The position numbers and the translations under genes are program-made. Below the pieces are notes generated by a model. That model was not told the origin of the DNA and did not search any database. It worked only from the letters and a program-made list of their open reading frames with translations. From the human T2T-CHM13v2.0 reference genome, Homo sapiens, in assembly GCF_009914755.1 (NCBI RefSeq), contig NC_060926.1: a DNA stretch of 64,000 nucleotides. One strand, 5' to 3'. Below, piece after piece: positions 1 to 16,276 of the stretch. The first letter of the stretch is position 1, and each line of letters starts with the position of its first letter.

Positions 1-1280
1 ATTATTTTACAGAGTTTGACTCTTTTCATCAACACTGCAAGTAATATTAAATCATTTTATGTGTGTGACTATAGATTATACAGAGAATCCACTGAAAGAT
101 ACAAGTCTTCTTCTTCTATAAAAGTGTATGTATGTATCTATATGAAACTGTGTATACTTAATTTCAAGGTGTTCATAGTTTTCCTGAAGCCCATTCATAG
201 TTGCTTTAGGGAATTGAATTAAGAATCTTAAATCTAGTACTTATGTATCAATTTGAAATAAGTATGTTTGTCCCCTTCCCCTAAACCCACCAGTACACAA
301 CAATAATTTTTGTTTCCAATTCATTCATCTAGTGACCAGAAACATGAAGTACTACATTACTTGGCTTCTGGGCAGGACCAGATGTATATCACTCTGGTTA
401 CATAATCCCTTATCTATGAGTGTATAAACTTCCAGGGAGTAGTACCTTTCCTTATGTCCATTATAAATCACTCAGATGGTATTATAGCCCTATTTCCTTC
501 TGTTTCATTCTCACTGGAGTTAGAGGCCAAATGTGAACACAGCTTAAAGAGTCATTTTGCAGGAGTAAGTGTAGGTGCTTGAAGCAGGGGCCCCATCATT
601 TATGGTTACAAGATGTCACAATAACTTTATTAAGGGAATAGATGTTTATCCATGTTCTTAGTGAAGCTCAATTAAAAAACTACACCTACCCTTCGGATGT
701 TTCCCTCTATTGAGCCCTTGAAACAGCTGTCTTTGGCTTTAGAGTACAGTGGAAATCTTTTGTTAAAAAGTGAGAAAAGTGGAGAGTTTTATTTTTTCAT
801 TTATTTCTGCTCTGCCACTTCTATATGCCTTCCAATGTAAGCTTAATTCACACAGCAGGTGCATACTCATTTGATTGAATGACTATTTTTTAAACAAAGC
901 CTGGCACATAATTATAAAGCCTCTAGTTAACATAAAAGTTAATATATATTTTCCATACCTTTCAAGTTGGAAAAATACAAATTCCATGCCAAATATTTTA
1001 ATCACCTAAATGTGGATCTACAGTGATAAAAATGAAAGCCACTTAAGAAGTGTCCTGATCTGCACACAACCTTACATATTCCTCAGTGAAAGGCAGGCTG
1101 AAAAGCTTTGTGATACACAGGAGGTAGGCATTTTTTGACAGTCATATCTGTCTGTCTGCACACCTGAGAGATTATGGAGAGATAGTTCATTGTGAGCTTC
1201 GATTAACAGAAAATGTCCAGTGGTTGAAATCCCAGTAAAAATTATATATACATATATAGTTTGAGCCAAGTGTTTGATTA

Positions 1281-1629
<349 letters not shown>

Positions 1630-2454
1630 TCAATAAAACAAAAATGGTTGATGATTGTAAGATTCCTTGAAAGCCTTCTTATCTCAAACTATTTTCATCA
1701 CAAGTCATATCTTCCACGTACTATAAACATTCCTTTCAGTTAGAAGGAATCCTCACAAAATACTGGAGAATTGTAACACGTAAACCTAGTTGTTAACCAC
1801 ATTGAGATGGATTTATTAGATTTATCAATTTCAATTATCAATTTATCAATTTTGTATCTCTTGTTTTTTTCCCCTAGGGACTTGTCTAAATTCTGAGTGA
1901 TGAAGACGTTATGGTGCCAAAACATTCATTTGATGAGAAGTCAATTGGGGGTCAGTTTATTGATTGGTTAAGGTACCCCTTTATTCATCCATGTTCAACC
2001 ACTTTTTAATGAGTTGTGTGACATGTTTTAGGGCACAGGAGTTACTCTACAGCTTTCATGTCATTCTAGGGCACAGAGATCTTTGTGAAGTTATCTTTAG
2101 TCCTGTAGGCCGCGTTTCACTGCATGGCCAGTTTCTCTTGAGAGTAGTGTAGCCTCCACTTGGCTGTAATTGGTAAATGAGGCAAAATTTCCTACTGATA
2201 TTGAAAACTTCTGTTCTAATTTGGGATGTGTTTTCCCCCTACAGCCCACAGGGCCTTGACCTACTCTTCTACTGTACGTGATTTAAAACAAACAAACAAA
2301 CAAACAAAAAAAACAGGAAAAAAGGAAACCACTGTTTTCAAGTATTGGACAGCAGAACAGGACTGTTATCTCCAAGAGAAGGGAAACAAACAAGCTCAGC
2401 CAAACAATCACCCCAAATGTTAAACTATTATTCCTGATTTAAAATGAACTGGTT

Positions 2455-2606
2455 AGCTTTTTAACCTTCAGTTTCTTTACTTGTGAAATAGGGATAATAT
2501 TAGTGCCTACCTTATCAGATTGCTATAAGAAATTAATGAGAAAATTAAGTTTGGTGCCTAGCACAAAATAAAAGTTTAATAGATGTATCTGTTATTATCA
2601 TTATTA
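2455..2606 (+). mobile_element. MIR SINE fragment
   Basis: Core-like cttcagtttctttacttgtgaaatagggataata...gtgcctagcaca and ttattatcatta 3' end. Confidence 0.7.
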
Positions 2607-2659
2607 CTCTTTTAAATTATATATTATACACATAATATGTGATATATATTTATAATATA

Positions 2660-3008
2660 TGTCAAAAGATGAAATATAACAAATTTAGCTTTAGATCAAA
2701 TGGCTTTTATTCACAATTCATGCATCAGGGCAGCCTCCATTCTACGAAATAGAATTAGCTTCTATTTGGCAATGGCAGAACAGTAAGGCAGAGTGGACTT
2801 CCTTATTGTGCTGATATAGGTAGACTGGAATATCCTATTTTCAGGAAAAAAAACTGGTTTGTTTTAGGATCTATCTGCTTTCTTAAAGTCTCAGTTTGAT
2901 TATGCAGCATGTGTCAAGAATGATTCCATTTTGGTTTAGTCTGGTCTGTTGGGGCCTAGTGCAGGTGCTCAGTCCAGTACAGTGACCTCCCATAATTTTT
3001 GTTTGATA
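2660..3008 (-). mobile_element. ERV1-class solo LTR (MER93/MER67-like)
   Basis: Reverse complement of the 3' end reads ...aaattatgggaggtcactgtactggactgagcacctgcactaggccccaacagaccagac, as in MER4-group LTR starts; subfamily from memory. Confidence 0.6.
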
Positions 3009-3776
3009 TATATGTATTATAATAGTAATTATAATTACTTATCATTATTTTTATAAGTATCTGTTCAGGGTATCTGTATCATAGTGGTTATCCAGAAATA
3101 GTTTCCTTATATGGTAACAGTTCCCATTCCATTTACTCTTACTTAATTCAATCTCACATTTGTACTGTGGAATATATTTTGGTGAGCAAAGTTAGAGAAG
3201 TTTCTCGGGGTAAACCAGTTGGGTTAAAATATTTAAATTCCAATATCATCTAAATATGTTGGTTATCTCAAGCTTATAATAATGATAAAGTTAAATTATA
3301 AAATCATAAAGGTTGGAATAACTTTGAACCATTTTTTAGTCTATTGCTTTATCTTTGTGCAGAACATCATGTGTCTACAAAACTTTTAAAACTTACAGAT
3401 AACATGAGGAAGTAGAGTTCTACCACTTCTTTCATTATCTTTATAATTTTACTTTTGCCCAACCTCTTGGACTTCCACCGGTGCTTCAGTTGTTACCATT
3501 TTCCTTACTCCTAAATTCTTGGATACCCTCACCCAAGGTATTACTACAGAAACTGAATAAAATCCAAAAAACCTTATTTGCTTTCGCTTAAATGAGACAT
3601 CTTTGCTATCAGTGCACTTATTTGGTAGTTGCTGTACTGTTTTAAGAACCATTTATCCTGTTAAACGGAAAATATAACATGCAACATTCATGTCTTTGGG
3701 GAGGATGAATTACTTAGAAACACACAGTGTGCTTTCTAAAACTGCTTATTAACTGTGTAATTAAATACTAACTCCC

Positions 3777-4293
<517 letters not shown>

Positions 4294-4434
4294 CAATAAT
4301 TTTTAAGTTTTGACTTGCTCACTTTAGTTGCAGTAGCTTTAAATAAAATATTGAATTGGTGTTTTCAGACGAAAGTAGCTTGGATTAGATAACTCTAGCT
4401 CATCAATCAACTTTCTGTAGTTATTTAGTATAAC

Positions 4435-4617
4435 ATAAGGAGAAAGCACTGCATTGAGAGTGAGGAAACCTTGGTTTTACTCTTGATTCTGCCACTAAAG
4501 AACTGTGGAACTTCATATATCACTTAATTACCATAAATTTGAGTTTATTTATTCATCAATTGAAGAACTGACCTCTAAGACTAATGCCTATTTCATCTTC
4601 TCTGACGCATGATTCTA
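4435..4617 (+). mobile_element. MIR-family fragment
   Basis: gaaagcactgcattgagagtgaggaaaccttggtttta...tctgccacta... resembles the MIR 5' part and core. Confidence 0.6.
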
Positions 4618-5983
4618 AGTTGTACAGCATTTCCTACGTGAGCTGGTTAGATGTAAAAGTTCTACTTTTTTTTTTTTTTAACACACATTTGCCAGTCACT
4701 GGTGGGTGCTAAGTCTGAAAGGCCATTTATCACATATTACTGGTTTATTATAGTTACTTCTGTACATCTGTTTAAAGTGCCTACAATAAGCATTTTATAG
4801 CACTTCAACAGTGTGTTGAACATTCTGCAAAAATGAGAAGCCTTGTTTGCCAAAAGCACATTTGAGGAACTTATTGAGATAATGAAGATTATTTGGTAAC
4901 CAGGGAGGAACTGTTAATTAACTCTGTAGATTAGTTGAATCTCAGATCCATCTCATGAAGATAACTTATCACAGAAAGATGCCATCGTCTAAAGTGGTGA
5001 TAGTTGGGGGTCAAGGGAAAAAAGTTGATTACCTCCAAATATTTCTTACTCTGACTCTCAAGTCTGGCTCAGTTAGAATGTCATTGCATTTGGTTTAAAA
5101 GGCTTTTGCAAAATTTTGAGGTAATCAATATTTACATAGAAAAAGATAACCTCCCTTTTATATCATTAAAAATGGTAATAGTAAATATAATTTTTAAAAT
5201 GTTCAAAATACTAAGCAAAATTAAGCTTTAGATCTTCTTTATTCTACCACAGCAGTCTATTAGGCAGATTTCAGACCAGGAACAGAACAAAAATTAGAGC
5301 TTTATCTCTGTCTACTGCATTGCGCTTCCAGGCCATGTTTGGTTTTTTCTTCATTATATTTCACCTGCCTCTGTGCTATCTTCAGAGCAAAAAGTTCAAG
5401 TAGAATTGAACTTCCCATACCATCTAAGAGATATGAACTCACTGTGCCATACAGACATAAAGCCTACACAAATACTGTGTGCCAGACTAATTTTTTATAA
5501 AATGACTTCCATGCCTTGGTTATCTAATGCTAGCTCTAGCACTCTCTGCTTCTTGACCTTCTCAAAGCTGCTGCCTGGACAAGGGGAAAGTGAGAGTTCC
5601 TGTGCAAGGGAAGCCATGGTTGGTTGCTCCCGCAGTGGTACACCAAATTAGCCCAGTGCTGGTCCTTGATTCCTCTCTGCTCCTGGTAACCACAAATACA
5701 TCCTGGCATTGTTACCAGTGGCAAATGTCTGAGTCACAGAGCACCAAATATGTTACTGGTGGAAAGTGTCCGAGTTACTAGCTGCAAATCCATATGCATC
5801 TGCAGCAACCTCAATTCTTGCCTCCTCAGAAAAAGGAATTCAACTAAAGGGCACAAGGCAGAAAACGAGAGCAAGGCAAGTTTCAGAGCAGGAATATAAG
5901 TTTATTTAGAAAGGCTTCAGAGCAGGAAAGAAAGGAAGGTATGCTTGGTAGAGACCCAAACGGGCACCAAGGTCAAGTGCAAC

Positions 5984-6214
5984 TTTTTTTTTTTTTTTTT
6001 TTTGAGACAGAGTCTCGCACTGTCGCCCAGGATGGAGTGCAGTGGCGCGATCTCGGCTCATTGCAAGCTCCACCTCCTGGGTTCATGCCATTCTCCTGCC
6101 TCAGCCTCCTGAGTAGCTGGGACTATAGGCGCCCGCCACCACGCCCGGCAAATTTTTTTTTTTTGTATTTTTAGTAGAGATGGGGTTTCACCGTGTTAGC
6201 CAGGATGGTCTCGA
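5984..6214 (-). mobile_element. 5'-truncated AluY inside the MER50 LTR
   Basis: T20 tail, Y diagnostics (gcaagctcc, gccattctcc, gttagccaggatggtctcga); stops mid left arm. Confidence 0.92.
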
Positions 6215-6345
6215 ACCTTGATCCTAGGACTTTATCGGCTGGCCCCTTTCCCATGATTCTTCCCTTAGGGTGGGCTGCCGCATGTGCAGTGCCCTCCTTA
6301 CGCTTGGGAGGTGAGCATGCACAGTGTGCTTATGAAGTTGTATGA

Positions 6346-6684
<339 letters not shown>

Positions 6685-7294
6685 TGAATTTTTATTGGAA
6701 GCCCATTTTGCTTCTCCTTGGCATCTGCATTCAGTTAACCCTCTAATGCAACAGCTGTGGAACATCAGGAGATTGTCTTTCCCTGGCTTTGTCTGCCGAA
6801 TTATCATTTTTAGAGAGGCAATGCGATAATTGTTGAACCATCACTGATGATCACCTGACATTACTGGTGGGTGTGGGAAGAGCCCTCTCCTGCCCCATTC
6901 ATATCTGTCTGACTACCCGAAGCAGCATAGCCAATTTTTGATGCTGATTCTGCCTTTTTTGCATCAATAATATGCTTCAGGTAATTTTAGTAGTTATTTC
7001 CTTTTTTAAATGTTTCAACTATTTTGAACTTTCAAAAATTTCTCAAAACTTGTGAGTCATTGACTTTCTTCCGTGTGTGTGCGTATATGTGTGTTTCCTT
7101 TCTTTTACTGTGACTCTAGATTTTTGCATTTGTGTTTTCTAAGCACAATTTGAGGGAAAGATACACATGCTTCTTCAAAAGTGTAAAGATGCATCTTCAA
7201 AAGAATGATTCTCTTTTACTACTTCTCCATCAACCTTCATTAATAACCTCAATCAACCTGTTTTCTTCCGAGTGAGCACACTTTCAATAATTGA

Positions 7295-7596
<302 letters not shown>

Positions 7597-7790
7597 AATT
7601 GCAATTTATTTATAAACTATACTTGTATTATTGTTTATCACTTACATGTTTATTTGCATAACTCAATTGATATATTTTTCTTTTTGTTAATATTGCATAA
7701 CTTGGATTCGTATAGAATGTACCATAATTTTCACAATATAATTAATAGAAATATACTTTTTCACCTAATAATATTTTTAATCCTAAATCA

Positions 7791-7952
<162 letters not shown>

Positions 7953-8014
7953 ATTTAAAGTGAGAGATAAGTGTACATAATTTATTTCCATTGTCATTCC
8001 ATATTATGTATGTA

Positions 8015-9010
8015 TTGTTAAAATACAAATCTCTAAATGTCATAAACATGGTCAAAGATTTTACTTAGCTCATAAACTAATACAAGAAACAGTAAGATGT
8101 TAAAAATAATTAAAAACAGAATTCAAGAAATGGAGATTAAAGGAGGACAGACAACTTTACCCCCAAAACATGGTTCCCTGGTATAACGAATATTTTATAT
8201 TAAAGGGCCTTAGATCAACAGACACTGGAAAATACTCCCCGCCCCCCAAGATACATGAAGACAGGAGGGACTCATCAAGGAGAACAATTGTTTTTCTTCC
8301 CCTTCCTGTTATCCCATTATCTATTGCAGAAAAGAAGACCAAGAAGGTAGCCATACCTGAACAGACTCTTTCACAAGATCATTCTAATTCCAAAAACTAT
8401 TTACAAGTAAATATCAGTTCCCTAATCCATTTGCTTTTGTTAGTAATCATTTATTGCCCCTCAACAGAATTCTTCTCTCACCTCCCATTACCCGTTTTCC
8501 AGGATGCAAGCCCTCATTCTTTTCTGTAATCTCCAGATGATATATAAGATTCTGAACCCTATTTGGGAGTGGGTAATCATTCTGTGGTACTCCTCTGAGT
8601 ATATGTTAATACATTTGCATGCCTTTTCTCTTATTAATCTGCCTTTTGTGAGTTGATTTTTTCAAGGAAGACTTTTAAAAGATTTATGTAGTCTGTCAGT
8701 CACAGTAAGGCTGAAAAGAATTTGCAACTAGATACAAAACTCATTAATACCTGAACAGCAGTAAGCTCTAACATTTGCAATTACTTCCTTTCCTGGATAA
8801 AAATAATTTTGCGTTACTATTGAACAAGAATCAAATGTGTTGTTCTCAGTCAAGACACATTTTCAAATATCAGTTTTCTACAAGTTAATCTCTATACTAA
8901 TCAATAGTAAAAGACAGTCTAATAAAGGGAGCCATCCCTAGAAAATTAGAGAATCCTCAGTCAGGTTTTGCCATAGTCATGCTCAGCACTACACTGAAAG
9001 AACACCTAGT
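8015..9010. mobile_element. Old interspersed repeat (probably an LTR; family uncertain), split by the MER34C-like LTR
   Basis: Shares tcaaagatttta...cagtaagatgt...agaattcaa, gaatttgcaa and ttgc.ttactat blocks with 21050-21560. Confidence 0.45.
8137..8675 (+). mobile_element. MER34-family ERV1 LTR (MER34C-like)
   Basis: ccccaaaacatggttccctggtataa start; 3' ttttctcttattaatctgccttttgtgagttgatttttt typical of MER34/MER39. Confidence 0.7.
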
Positions 9011-9059
9011 AATTTCTTTACCTATTTCCATGTCTTGGATATTTCTTCTTAAAAGTGTC

Positions 9060-9438
<379 letters not shown>

Positions 9439-10734
9439 TCAAGTTTTGACACCCAAACTAGTGTGTTTGAGATTGTAGAAAGAAAAAAAAATGTTGAAAG
9501 CAAGCAAGGTTCTTTTAAGAGAGCAAAATAACTTTGTTAAAATTATTTTATCTATCCATTTAATATATCAAGAGAAGTTCTGGAAAACTTGATTGTTGAG
9601 TTTCATCCAAAGAAAATTAAAAAAAAAAAATGGAGAAAAATCCACATCCCCTACAGGCCTGGTAGGTTAATGTGATGACTGGAGCCAGTGCTGAGGAGTC
9701 AGGAAACCATGAATATGACCAGATCTCATTTCTTTGGACTGAACTCCTCAAGTGGGGTATGAATTTCTTTCATTTTGGGGAGTTCCAAGAACTCAAGAGC
9801 TTCTGCCCAAGTTTTCTTCATGTGTCATGGCCAATCCAGTATGACAGAATGCTCAAACTTCCCTAAAGACAACCATCTAGAAAACAAGTGAGAACACAGC
9901 ATATTTGGGCAAAGGGAGGAGCTAGACCTTTTAATTGAGTGCTGCCTTGCAATTTTTGCGGGCAGTGATAGAATATAGAAGTTCTCACACGCCCTTGCAA
10001 GGCATCACTATGGTACAGGAAAGGATTTCTATAGTTGTACCTAGGCTCGAAGCTGATGGGACTCATGCCCACATCTCAGCAGGCTCCACAAACAGGTAGA
10101 GCCAAGGTATGGCCAGTTTATCAAGGAGGGCTGCCAGTACCCTGGCCAAACGGAGAAAGGACAGACTGTTGCCCAGCCACAGATTACAGCAAAAGCGGTC
10201 AGCAGATGGCATCTAGGGTGGGAGGCCATAACCACTCACAGAGCAGCAGCCAGTACTTCAGAGGGAAGGCCAGGTCAGCTGGGCTTCAGAGAAACACGAG
10301 GATAGAGCTGGAGCCTGAGGAGGGGAGGGATGAAGGGAGGGAGGACACTACTGGGATCAGAGATATCACTCTTTCCCAAAGCCTCAAGCCTTTGAGGCCA
10401 CTAAACCCCTCCTTCATACATCTAGATTTCACCCAGGAGATAAGCAGGAGACCAAAGAAAAACTCCAAATTTTATCCAAAATTTTCTGAACATCTACCTT
10501 AAATGACTTTAAATATGAATAGACAAATTTTACTGGATTAGAGGGTCTTTTTCCCCCTCCCCTCTTCTAACTCAGAAGGGTTGAAGCAGATAATGAAACC
10601 AGATACCTATGGGAATTAGTCAGCATTTCTTTATGTGAGTAGTTGTACTTGAGTAAATATGCAATCCTGTTTACCAATCTATTCTGTTTTACTCAGTTAT
10701 TTGAACTCTTTTTTCTCTTTAAAAACAGCAAAAG

Positions 10735-10908
10735 GAATGAAGGAAGGAAAGCAGAAAAGAAGGGAGGGAGAGAGGGAGGGAGGGAGGAAAGAAGGAAGGA
10801 AGGAAGGGAAAAGAAGAAATGAAGGAAAGAAAAATAAGAAAGAAGGGAGGAGAGGAAGAAGAGAAAAAAGGAAAGAAAGAGAAAGGCAGAGAGGGAAAGA
10901 AGAAAAAG
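10735..10908. repeat. Polypurine GA-rich low-complexity tract
   Basis: GGAA/GAAA/GGGA runs with almost no pyrimidines. Confidence 0.9.
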
Positions 10909-11327
10909 TCTGGGGCATGTTTATTTAGCTGGAGCTGTGTATGTGTGGTGGGGCATTCTATTTGTTTGCAAATGTTTGCATATATATATCCTGCTCATTC
11001 AAACTAAGTAATATACACATCCTCTTCACAATAGACTGTAGCGTAAGTTTGGAATCACATTAGAGTTCCCTGTGAAGTTAGAGAAGTAGGAGGGGATGAC
11101 ACTGTACTTTATGCTTCTTGTCTGGGATTCCTAAAGGAGGCATACGTGCAGAAGCACTGAATGACTATGAGGGAGCAGTAGGCAGAACCCAGACACACTG
11201 GCAGAGCTGGAGTCTGCCTTCGAAAAGCCCACAGCTTTTGAGGCCTCAAGTGTAATGCTGAGGTTATTGAGAGAAAGAATTACTTAGCTGGTTGTGGTTT
11301 CATTAGGCAAATGTATTATATTAAGAA

Positions 11328-11373
11328 AACACACACACACACACACAGCAACAAACAAACAAACAAAACAAAA
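11328..11373. repeat. Compound (CA)n + (AAAC)n microsatellite
   Basis: Directly visible. Confidence 0.85.
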
Positions 11374-12454
11374 CTCTAGTGTGGATGAAGAGTAGGGCCG
11401 AGAGCGAGAAAGCTATTTCCCTGTGGGTGGAGCATGGCCCTAGGGAGCCTCCTCTTGCTATTCATAGGTACCACCTCTGCTGGGCAGAAACAGGATAAGC
11501 ATGCCAAGGATGACAGCACTGGAGTGTGGGGGGCATAGACTACCAGAAACATCAAACAACCTAGAAAGAGTGGGAAGGAAGGAGAACAAGGGAAATTTAA
11601 AACCTGGGAGAGAATGCTCACCAGAGGAGAACTGAACTGTAGACCTGAATAGAATGAGAAATCAATCACTGTATTATACAGAAATTAACCACGGAAATGA
11701 CTAAATTAAATGAATAATAGGCTCTAAGTCAAAAAGTTTAAAAAATAAAGAATAATGCTTTTTTTTAATATCTAAACTTGTCACTGTGGTTGTAATTATT
11801 AAATGTATATACATTAATATTACTTATTAAAGTAGATGAAATAAAACCTAAATTCCAGTTCAGCTGCTTATGTCATTATATCCAACACTGTACATGTGAT
11901 AACTTTCACAAACTTGAAAATGTAGTGAGGGAGCCCAAACCTATTGTTTCACTATCTGCTGAATATTTTAATTTGAAGTATTTGGAGATTTTTTTTATTG
12001 TAACGCACAATGGTGTGTGAGAACCACGGGGCACAAACTAAACAAAAAAGGAGAAACAATATAACTGAGAGAGAACCATAGTTGTACTAAACAATAAGAA
12101 AGCCCAGCATATACCTTAGGACAAAGACAACACTAACAAAAGAGAAAGAGAAAGAGAAAGAAAAAGAGAGAAGGGACGATTTAGCAATTAGAACAAAGCA
12201 TTATATAGCTAAAGGTTAAGATTTGATTTGCTGAAGATCAGGAGCTCATGGTTATTTTGAAAATTAATTCCTCAGCACTTTACTTTCTATGATGCCTCCA
12301 AATGCTGTTTCTTTACATTGCAAAACTATATATACAAAAAATTCCGCTTTCAACTGCTGCCAATGGCTGATAAGAATGGGATTTTTCTTTCCACAAGGTA
12401 GGCCTTCTTATATTAAGACACTACTTTGTGTAAATTGAGTCATAATTTGTCTTA

Positions 12455-13665
<1,211 letters not shown>

Positions 13666-14103
13666 ATTTTGAACATGAGAGTTAATTAGAAATTATCTTG
13701 AAAAGCACTTTTGTCTTGCAAAAGAGGCAACTAAGATGATGGGAATTAAGTGGCATGACCAAATCCACCCTGTTATTACTGAGCCTGGAATTCGGACGTA
13801 GGTGTCCTGTCCTCTAGGTGTTCAAGCTGTCCATACCACAATCTTTTATATGCTATATCATAAAACCAACATAGGTTTTGAAAATAGTTGACTAGAACAG
13901 AAAGATGATCTGTAATATTGAAAGAATGATGACCACCTGGGCAATTTTAAACATATATTTTGACTTAGCAACAAGATTTAGGACTTAATAAAGGAGTTAA
14001 AGGAAGATGTGTATACAACATCAAGACCTATGAAATGTGGAAATACGTAGTTTGAGTGTTATTTTGTAATTAAGGCAATTAACAAAGAAAATGCCAATTA
14101 TAA

Positions 14104-14496
<393 letters not shown>

Positions 14497-16062
14497 TAAA
14501 GAGGGAGATTTATGTATACTATAAAATAATTAATATAAAATATTACTAAACGATTAGTTTGCTCTTGTCACCTGTAATATGTTTTCAAGCCTTTTTGTTT
14601 ACTTATTATTATTATTATTAAGTTTCAAGTAGTTGTAAAGCATGAAAGGGCATAAGAAGAAATGAAAAGCTAAAAAAATTTGAAAAATGGTTGATAGTTC
14701 TCCAGAGACCAGACTGCTTTTGGCAAGGTATTAACTGGAGTGCAAGGAGGCTGTCAGGCTTGCCCCGCTTAGGACTCTAAAACCAACCTTTGCTGTTCTG
14801 TATCAATCAGAGCATGGAGGGAACCTCAGAAAGAACGAGGCCAAAGGTCTAAAGCCACTGAGATGGGAGATAAAAGATGGAGCTAATCAGATGCTTAGAT
14901 GGTCCAGGAACCAAAGCATGGATTTAGGATGAAAGCATTCGGCTATTTCAGATACAGCAAACAGAACAGAGCATGACCTTCAGCTGGGGAGAGAATGCGC
15001 AGGGCCCAAATTTTCTCAGAGGTCAGGGATTATAAATGAAGGATCGTTGATAAAAACACAGACAGGAGTAAATTGCCTTAGTGCTTTGTGACCTGAGAGG
15101 TATATTTGCTCTGCTATTCTTTCCTGTATAAGAAAGAATAGCCTTTAGCTCAGCTACTAAAAAGCATTGTAACATTTTTTCCCAGAGTCTCCTTTCATTG
15201 TTGTATAGTTTTAACATAATCGAAATTTATTCTTTCCTTTATATGGGAAAGTCTTAATAATTATCAGCAGTTTTTCTTCACTTTTGACTTTTAAAATAAT
15301 TTGAACGGTTTAACTAGTATTTGGGGACTATTCCAATATTCCTACGTGGCGTCTTACGTTTGGTGGACAGGGGTATAATGAAGCAGCAAGAGAAGCTAGG
15401 ACTATTACACATGAACTGAAATGCATTTGGAATCACATTTCTTCTGCTTAGATAGTTAATTTGCCTTGAAGACAAAGAAGTAAACTATGTAGGAGCCCAA
15501 TTTCCCATTAGGATCTTATAAATTCCTCCTTACAGATAATGCAAACCATTAGTTTAAAACAATGGGCTCTACCTCCTAAATACAAAATATGTTTCCACTT
15601 GATATCTGGCAATATGAAAACAAAACCATGCATTTGTTGTAGAAATTAAAATATAGACACATTTATTTGCTATGGAAAATGGTATAATTCATTCTTAACG
15701 TTTTCTGTGCTTCCTTTGCAGGCATTCTTTTACTTTTGGTTTTAAGCAGTTGTCTTATATCCAATTTATAGTGACAACTCTAATTCACAGATACTATGTA
15801 CAAATCCCCCTGCCACTTCTCTATTTGCCAGCTAAAGTTTAGTGCAGGAGGTATATGGAATATGAAATTCTAGGAGTAAAGTTTATGTGATGAGTCAGTC
15901 TTTGCTCCTCAAAACATAATGTGGCAGATAGAGCATGTTGCACACTCAAATCCCATCTTCATGTATTCTTTGCTAATATAAACCAATTTGTTCTGATATT
16001 CAGCTTTCAAACAAGATGACATTTTCTCCAGCTCAGGGATAAATACTGATCTTCCTGAAATT

Positions 16063-16276
16063 CCAGTACTCCAATAGGAATTTCTGAGATGAGAGAAATG
16101 TTCAATTTCTACGCTGTCCAATATAGTAGCCATTAGCTTTATGGACCGCTTGAGTATTTGAAACATGGCTAATGAGACTGAGAAACTAAATTTTAAATTC
16201 CATTTAATTTTCATTCATATAAATTTAAGTTTAAGCAAATGCATGTGACTACTAGCTATCATACTGGATAACACAG
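16063..16276. mobile_element. MER3-like hAT-Charlie MITE
   Basis: gctgtccaatatagtagcca...tttgaaacatggcta...ctactagctatcatactggataacacag. Confidence 0.8.

Noticed and set aside
10035-10502. Longest ORF in the track (155 aa)
   Set aside because: Non-ATG start, no recognisable domain and no convincing exon structure; consistent with chance in a GC-richer patch
10659-11007. Lys/Glu/Arg-rich ORFs (also 40267-40461)
   Set aside because: Products of polypurine low-complexity tracts
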